A DNA stretch of 64,000 bases from the IMG/VR virus record IMGVR_UViG_3300009174_000002, positions 32,001 through 96,000 of that record; one strand, 5' to 3'. This document shows, piece after piece, positions 58,127 through 64,000 of this stretch; positions within the stretch are counted from its first letter, which is position 1; every line of letters starts with the position of its first letter. A program made the position numbers and the translations under genes. Below the pieces are notes generated by a model that saw only the letters and a list, made by a program, of their open reading frames with translations, was not told where the DNA came from and ran no database searches. Source of the DNA: a virus.

Positions 58127-59322
58127 ATGTATTCTTTTAGATAATTTATATCGTTTGTAAATAAAGTGTTTAAACTATACTTTAAACATAAATCTTTTTT
58201 CTTTTTAGTTTTTTTATCATATTCAACATGTACTCCTTGCAGTCCTAAATACTCGACATATAAGTTAAGTTTATTAATATAAAAATCATATTTATAACCT
58301 TTATTTCCTATGTAATAATTGTTATACTTAAATTCTATATTATTATCTTCTAAAAATTTTGCAATTTCAAATTCTGATTGTGATCTTAACGTTAAATCTT
58401 TATATTTGATGATACTGCCATATTTTACACCAGGTTTAATTTGTCTTCTTAATAATTGAGATTTATAAAAAATTTCCATTTCATTTTTGTTAAATCCTAA
58501 TTTATATCTTGTCAAGCTACTTTTACAAATTAAACGTAATATATTTTTGTTATTAATTTTATCGATCTCCTTAATAAATTCATCATGTATTTTTAAAAAA
58601 TTATCAATAAAAAATTTTTTAACTTCTTTTGATTTAATTTTATTTTTTTCTAAAAAAATTTCTACAAATTTATCTCCATATTTATGATAAAATTTTTCTG
58701 GTGTTTTAGAAATTTTCTTCAAATTAATTGTTTCTAATTCTTCTTTAGTTTTACTTTTTAATTTTTCTTGCCATCTAATTTGTCTATCTTCCCATTTTTT
58801 TCTACCATTTATTTCGCCATATTTTTCAATGCATTTTCCTAATGTAAAAGTGGTTTGTCTTAAACTTCTTAATTTTTCTGCATCTTCCAGTGTATAACCT
58901 TTATCTAGCCAATATTGTAATCCAGTTGAAGATCTATTTTTAATTTTTTGGATATGATCTTGCCATTTTTTTAAACCCTTTTCTTTACCTAATTTTTTTT
59001 GCCATTTTTCTAAACTACAAGTTTTTGTTTCTTTTAATAATTCTTTGGCTTCTTCTAAATCATATCCTTTATTTAAGTAATATTCTAATGTAGTAGGTCT
59101 TCTAATATTTAATTGTTTTTTAGCTTCTTCTAAATCATATCCTTTATCCAACCAATGTTGTAAAGAATAAGAACTAGTTTTAGGCGGTCGTTTTTCTTTA
59201 GGTATTTTTAATATAGGTTCATTAAATTTAATTTTATATTCATTTATTTTAATATCATGTGTTCTAATATGTCGTGTTAAATCAAAACTTCGGTGTCCAC
59301 AAATTTTACAAATCAATATCAT
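58099..59322 (-). CDS. free-standing homing endonuclease inside the split intein locus
   Basis: C2H2 finger CKICG..HIRTH; repeats YWLDKGYxLEEA; LRSQSE..YKYDFYI..YVEYLG PD-(D/E)xK-like domain. Confidence 0.8.
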   Translation of the reverse strand: MILICKICGHRSFDLTRHIRTHDIKINEYKIKFNEPILKIPKEKRPPKTSSYSLQHWLDKGYDLEEAKKQLNIRRPTTLEYYLNKGYDLEEAKELLKETKTCSLEKWQKKLGKEKGLKKWQDHIQKIKNRSSTGLQYWLDKGYTLEDAEKLRSLRQTTFTLGKCIEKYGEINGRKKWEDRQIRWQEKLKSKTKEELETINLKKISKTPEKFYHKYGDKFVEIFLEKNKIKSKEVKKFFIDNFLKIHDEFIKEIDKINNKNILRLICKSSLTRYKLGFNKNEMEIFYKSQLLRRQIKPGVKYGSIIKYKDLTLRSQSEFEIAKFLEDNNIEFKYNNYYIGNKGYKYDFYINKLNLYVEYLGLQGVHVEYDKKTKKKKDLCLKYSLNTLFTNDINYLKEYIWNNIKKLQ

Positions 59323-59390
59323 TATTCGTATTTTTATTTTAAATACGATATGTTATAAATAGTTTTGGTAAATGTTCAAAACTATTTAAT

Positions 59391-60737
59391 TTATTTTAAT
59401 TCATTCGGCAAAAATCCTAATTTCTTAATTATTTCTTCTATATTATATTGTATTTCAATTTCTGTATCTGGATCTACACATTTTCCACTTGTATTTTTAC
59501 CATTAATTCCAATAATCTCATTTAAACTAAACTCGTTAAAAATAGTTTCTGAAGGGGGGAATGAAAAAAGATTATTTACTTTTAATTGTTCAATATGATA
59601 ATCTCCAGGTTCAAATATTCTATCTAAGTTTAAACTACCATCATATAAATTATCTAGTTTAATAATTTCTTCTCTATCCTCTTGAAAATTATTAATCTGT
59701 AAATATTTACTTTCCTTTAATAAATATTTTTCAAATAATTCTGCAATATTTAGTTTTCCTGTATCAATTTCAATAGTACCATCCTCTTTTACTACTAACT
59801 GTTTATTTATTAGTTTTGGTTTAATTTCTACTTTATTATTAGGATAAACTTTTTGAAACTTCTTTTTATATTCAAGTATATCGGATTTGAATAATTTAGT
59901 CTTATCATAAATTAATTTAATAGTTTGTTGAGGATATATTACTTCTCCAATATCAGGTATATTTATAGTATCTAATACTTCATGTCTAATTATTGAATGT
60001 TCATTATCTATCTTTTTAACTTCTGGATGAAAATTATTATGCAGTTTATTCCAAGTATAAACTAAATAGGAACCATGAGGTTCCTCATTTTCTTTGGTTT
60101 GAATGAAACTGCCACAATAGTTTATTTCATTATTTCTAAAATTTTGCTGCATGTGTATATCACCAGCGATTACAATATTGCATTTATCAAATTCTTCAAT
60201 ATCTATACCTTCCGTTAAAGTAAAACCATTATCCGCTTTACAACCTTTTATAGCTCCATGATATAAACCTATTGTATAATATTTTATTCGTTCTTCTTTA
60301 TTAATAAATGGTGATCTTTGATTATCTAAACAACTCCATATAGCCCAATCTATTTTATTATCAAAATTATAAATTCCAGATTCATCAATATAAATAATTT
60401 CATTAGATAAATTTTCTATATCAATTGAATTTATTACTACCTCTAATAATCCTTTTCTTTCTTTATTTTGTAAATTTACATCATGATTTCCAGGAATTAT
60501 TAAAACTTTTGTAAAAAGTGAACAATCAATTAAAAACTTTCTAACAATTTCAAATTGCTCGGATGAAACATTTAGTTTTGAATCAATAACATCACCTACT
60601 ATTACAAGCCAAGTAGGGTTTTCTGAACATAATATTTTTATAAATTTATCAAAAAGTGTTATATGTTCATTAAAACGTTTTGATTTGAAGATGTGCAGAT
60701 CGGAAATACTGATAATTTTTATATCTTTCAAAGTCAT
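59391..60737 (-). CDS. Mre11/SbcD (gp47-like) nuclease fused to Rad50 N-terminus and split-intein IntN
   Basis: SDLH, VGDVID, PGNHD, YHG, GDIH phosphoesterase motifs; then LKVNNLFSF..IIGINGKNTSGK|CVDPDTEIEI. Confidence 0.9.
   Translation of the reverse strand: MTLKDIKIISISDLHIFKSKRFNEHITLFDKFIKILCSENPTWLVIVGDVIDSKLNVSSEQFEIVRKFLIDCSLFTKVLIIPGNHDVNLQNKERKGLLEVVINSIDIENLSNEIIYIDESGIYNFDNKIDWAIWSCLDNQRSPFINKEERIKYYTIGLYHGAIKGCKADNGFTLTEGIDIEEFDKCNIVIAGDIHMQQNFRNNEINYCGSFIQTKENEEPHGSYLVYTWNKLHNNFHPEVKKIDNEHSIIRHEVLDTINIPDIGEVIYPQQTIKLIYDKTKLFKSDILEYKKKFQKVYPNNKVEIKPKLINKQLVVKEDGTIEIDTGKLNIAELFEKYLLKESKYLQINNFQEDREEIIKLDNLYDGSLNLDRIFEPGDYHIEQLKVNNLFSFPPSETIFNEFSLNEIIGINGKNTSGKCVDPDTEIEIQYNIEEIIKKLGFLPNELK
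59394..59480 (-). mobile_element. split intein N-fragment (29 aa)
   Basis: CVDPDTEIEIQYNIEEIIKKLGFLPNELK*: block A directly after the Walker A GK. Confidence 0.85.
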
Positions 60738-61654
60738 TTTCCTGTATTTATAATTAAAAATTTATAAAATAGATCTAAATATTTTCTTCTTAATCCTAAC
60801 TTATCTTTACAATTATACTCATTCAAATCTTTATAATTTGATTTAAATAGGTGTATATTCTTTACACCATAGTTTCCTAAACTATGTAAATGTTTATTAA
60901 TTAATTCATCTTCGACTTCATCATCTAAAGCAAGTATAATATTTCTATCAAAACAAAATTCCAGTATTGCTTTATTAATATTAGTGTTTAGTAAAGGAAT
61001 TGCGTTTATACCAGAATAACAATCATATATACCTTCAGTCAAAGTAATAGGATATTCTGTATTAATAAACTGAAGGTAAGGAACAAAATTCATCCTTCCG
61101 TGATTTTTATACTTTTTAGTTGTTAAATTATGAGTAACAAAACCTTCTAAATATTTTCCTGTAATATCATATAAAGGGAATACTATATTATCAAATAATT
61201 TATGTTCTTTTGAATATACATAACTAACTTTTCTTTCAATTAGAATATGCTCCTCAAGCTGCCTCTCTTTTAATAGATAATCTTTAACTTCATCTTTTAA
61301 ATAAAAAGGAATTAAATCTTCAGGTAATTCAATTTGATTTTCACTAATAGTATTTTCATTACTTTGTCTTCTATAACTATTTCCTTTTAATTCAGGAACT
61401 AATTGCCATAAATCTTTACTTCCATAATCTTTTAATAATCTACTTATATGCCCTGAATAATTACAGGACCAACAATGCATTAATAAATATCTATGTGAAC
61501 TTTCATTAAGGTTAATTTCTAAATTATATTTATTGCCACGATCACATTTGGGGCAGTTGTATTTTTCTTGGTAATAATTTTGTTTAGGTTGGCCTAGTGT
61601 CGGTTCTAAACATTCTCGAATTATATTTTTAATTTGAACCCTTGAGGTGTTCAT
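60734..61654 (-). CDS. DNA primase (Zn finger plus TOPRIM)
   Basis: CPKC..HCWSC; IVFPLYD; TEGIYD; ILALDDE; KDLNE. Confidence 0.85.
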   Translation of the reverse strand: MNTSRVQIKNIIRECLEPTLGQPKQNYYQEKYNCPKCDRGNKYNLEINLNESSHRYLLMHCWSCNYSGHISRLLKDYGSKDLWQLVPELKGNSYRRQSNENTISENQIELPEDLIPFYLKDEVKDYLLKERQLEEHILIERKVSYVYSKEHKLFDNIVFPLYDITGKYLEGFVTHNLTTKKYKNHGRMNFVPYLQFINTEYPITLTEGIYDCYSGINAIPLLNTNINKAILEFCFDRNIILALDDEVEDELINKHLHSLGNYGVKNIHLFKSNYKDLNEYNCKDKLGLRRKYLDLFYKFLIINTGK

Positions 61655-62234
61655 ATTTATTTTTTAAAAAAGCCAGCCCTAGGACATAGGCATCCGACAT
61701 ATCCTTACATTCATCCAAATATATTTCTAAACCCTTCCTTGGACCTATTTTTATTGTTTTAGTAGGAAAAAACTTCTTATCAATTATCTCGATTACTTTT
61801 TCAAAAACATAATCCTTTTGTTTTTGTTTGGTTAATCTAGTTTCTTTGAAAATCTTTGGAAATACTAAACCTCTGGCTTTTAGTACATTAATTTCAGTAG
61901 GTTGAATATAAAACTTAAATTTCATGAGATATTGACAAATATAATTGAGTTGGGCTAAAACTAAAATATTATCTGCACTACTTCTTCCACCTTGAAACTT
62001 TTTTAATCTTTCTTCAATTACAAAATGTCTAATTGAATAAGATTTAAATAGATTTTCAATATATTGTTCCAAAAGTCTGCCTTTGTTTAAAAGATCTTTT
62101 TCGCCTTCTTGATATTTGAAATAAAATAGACTTATTAGTTCTTCTGAATCTATATCGAAAATAGCTGTGCCTATGGTAGTTGAACTTAAATCAAAAGCTA
62201 ATAAAAAATTTCCTGTCTTATATTCTCCATACAT
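61629..62234 (-). CDS. RuvC-like Holliday junction resolvase
   Basis: LAFDLSSTTIGTAIF; FVIEE; DMSDAYVLG. Confidence 0.8.
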   Translation of the reverse strand: MYGEYKTGNFLLAFDLSSTTIGTAIFDIDSEELISLFYFKYQEGEKDLLNKGRLLEQYIENLFKSYSIRHFVIEERLKKFQGGRSSADNILVLAQLNYICQYLMKFKFYIQPTEINVLKARGLVFPKIFKETRLTKQKQKDYVFEKVIEIIDKKFFPTKTIKIGPRKGLEIYLDECKDMSDAYVLGLAFLKNKYEHLKGSN

Positions 62235-62491
62235 TAAAAATCTTTAGTAGTATATGTTATAGTAGGCCAATAAGAAGGATTATAAGGTATATAGGGGAAA
62301 GTCCAGGGTTGATTAATTGTTGGATAATGATTATGTATCTCTTTTAACAAAATCAAAGCCTCCTGTAAACTTATTTGTTTTTCATGTAAAAGTCTTTCTA
62401 CTATTGATTCTTTGGTAGGAGTAATAGCATAATTAACGTTATATGAATTAAAATTTAAATTGTCTCCAGTAGTGGTAGTATGTGTATTCAT
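62234..62491 (-). CDS. hypothetical protein
   Basis: IVERLLHEKQISLQEALILL; Pro/Tyr-rich tail. Confidence 0.6.
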   Translation of the reverse strand: MNTHTTTTGDNLNFNSYNVNYAITPTKESIVERLLHEKQISLQEALILLKEIHNHYPTINQPWTFPYIPYNPSYWPTITYTTKDF

Positions 62492-62640
62492 TTATAAAAT
62501 TTAAATTGATTTTTTAATTGTAATTGATTTTTTATTTTTATTTGTTGTGAAGTGAGATTACAATTTATCTCTTTTAATTTTACGTTTTTTAATTTTTCTT
62601 CTAAAATAGCTTTTTCAGTTTTTTTCTTTCTTCTTTTCAT
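62488..62640 (-). CDS. small basic hypothetical protein (50 aa)
   Basis: Not in track: MKRRKKKTEKAILEEK...FKFYK, with ATGA overlaps to both neighbours. Confidence 0.5.
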   Translation of the reverse strand: MKRRKKKTEKAILEEKLKNVKLKEINCNLTSQQIKIKNQLQLKNQFKFYK

Positions 62641-63062
62641 GATAAGTTATTTTTAGGCTTACTTAAAGAATCCGCAAAAGTGTTATTTTCTCGTTTAATC
62701 CATTTTATACTAATATTTTTAAATTTTTTTAACTTTTCTTTTGCTTGTTCAGCATAAGGTACATATGCGCCCTTTTTAATTCTATAAAATCCATTTAGTT
62801 GTTGTACTACTAACATAGAATCACCTTGAATTACTATTTCTTCTTTTTCTAAACCTAATTCAAGTAATTTATTTAAAACCCATAATATTGCCTTATATTC
62901 TGCCATATTATTTGTATTTGAAGGTCTTGCTTTTTCAGTATAAGAACATTGTTCAACTAAATATGTACCTCCCTCAAAAATTGCCGCACCAATTCCTAAA
63001 TTGCCGCCGGGATTTCTTGGTTCACATGAACCATCAAATACACAATAATAAACCTTTTTCAT
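62637..63062 (-). CDS. rnhA: ribonuclease HI
   Basis: FDGSCEPRNPG, TNNMAEY, QGDSMLVVQQ, WIKRENNTFADSLS; ATG 63062 preferred to TTG 63089. Confidence 0.9.
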   Translation of the reverse strand: MKKVYYCVFDGSCEPRNPGGNLGIGAAIFEGGTYLVEQCSYTEKARPSNTNNMAEYKAILWVLNKLLELGLEKEEIVIQGDSMLVVQQLNGFYRIKKGAYVPYAEQAKEKLKKFKNISIKWIKRENNTFADSLSKPKNNLS

Positions 63063-64000
63063 TTTTTTAGTAATGTTTTTTGGTTTCAAACATTAAAATA
63101 ATAATTTTAGAACAATAAATTAAATTTCTACTTCTTTTAGATATTTATTATATTAAATATATCATTCTAGACTTCATTTACTTTTTTATTTTTTAGATTT
63201 TTTTTACAATTAAAAAAAGGTTTTAAGTGATTTTATCCTGTCGTTATATGTTACTTAAATACGACTTAATAAAAAGTTCAGTAAATAAATCTAGTTCTTT
63301 TATTTGAAAGTTTGGAATAACTTGAGGAACGAACATACTTTTGGCCAAAATTCCGCTCTGTCTTGAACGCTTTGACAACGGGAGACTTCAAAATATTAAA
63401 AATCTAAAATCTGGGTGAGGTATAGGCCCGCGGCTAAAAGATACTATATATAGAAACACAGTTAGTTCTATTGGAGGTAGTTATGATTTAGTTTACGATA
63501 GATAAAGACAAAGTAACATTTTTCTTGTCTTTATAATTAAAATCAAAAAAATTCTTTGATATTAGTACTTTTTGTAAAATTTACAAGAAATTGTATATAA
63601 ACTTATGTATTTATTTTATAGAATAGAATAGAATTTAATAAAATATTTACTAAATAAGTACTAGTATAGTTCGCTGAAGATTTTTTTGATGGAGATAAAA
63701 AGCGCCTTCTGTTTAATTAAACTTAATTAGATGTCTGTTTAAAAAAATATTCTATTTTATGATAATTATTTTGATTTTATTTTAAATTTACTTAGTTTTA
63801 CTAATAAAGATTAACTTATGAATTCTTTTTTAAAGATTCTATTTTTACCAATATTAGTATTCTTTTTACCTATTATCATTTTATTCAATCTAGGTATTAT
63901 TCCTTTTAATTTTATTCAAATCTTTATAAAATCAAAAAAATGAAGTTAGTATTTATAATATCAACTTTTATATTATTTTCAAATTGCGATATCAAAATTA

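Noticed and set aside
58099-59393. Group I intron explaining the break in the Rad50 intein
   Set aside because: Only about 68 non-coding nt upstream of the endonuclease, and it overlaps the downstream ORF, leaving no room for a ribozyme core. The downstream half has its own ATG
1461-63070. Short antisense ORFs in the track (e.g. 1461+, 8789+, 10937+, 13242+, 25025-, 30540+, 33162+, 34999+, 45316+, 47039+, 53778+, 59365+, 62888+)
   Set aside because: They lie opposite well-supported genes and have the F/S/L/I-rich composition expected of shadow frames of K/E-rich genes
63300-63500. tRNA, tmRNA or RNase P RNA
   Set aside because: No cloverleaf, T-loop (GTTCRA) or other recognisable conserved motifs on either strand by eye

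Overview
A very AT-rich, gene-dense 64-kb segment of a large T4-like (myovirus/jumbo) phage. Signal-peptide features and the lack of Shine-Dalgarno motifs suggest a Bacteroidota host. Most genes are on the minus strand. They include RNase H, a RuvC-like resolvase, primase, a fractured Mre11-Rad50 (gp47/gp46) gene, terminase large subunit, prohead protease, scaffold, major capsid protein, tail sheath, tail tube and portal. Two short plus-strand islands of small genes carry their own promoter motif. Main observations: (1) About 22 otherwise unrelated ORFs share a short peptide tag, [IL]xE-S-(acidic)-(N/D)LFKPR(R/K)IEDR. About 12 share a second tag, LLEKYSxKKVIFxE. The tags adjoin gp21-type cleavage sites, which suggests a modular capsid-cargo addressing system. 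One 1174-aa ORF looks like a five-cassette polyprotein, and related leaders sit on an ADP-ribosyltransferase, a kinase, a KTSC and a ParB-like domain. (2) A naturally and atypically split intein (29-aa IntN, 126-aa IntC) interrupts the Walker A motif of a fused Mre11-Rad50, with a free-standing endonuclease gene between the halves. (3) Three further cis-inteins occur, two in portal and one in the protease. (4) Three A-tract frameshifts join adjacent ORFs. (5) Late-promoter (TATTTAAA), island-promoter (GTTTACT-N10-TAnnTTYA), terminator and start-sequestering hairpin motifs recur. All functional calls rest on motif recognition by eye; no database searches were run.
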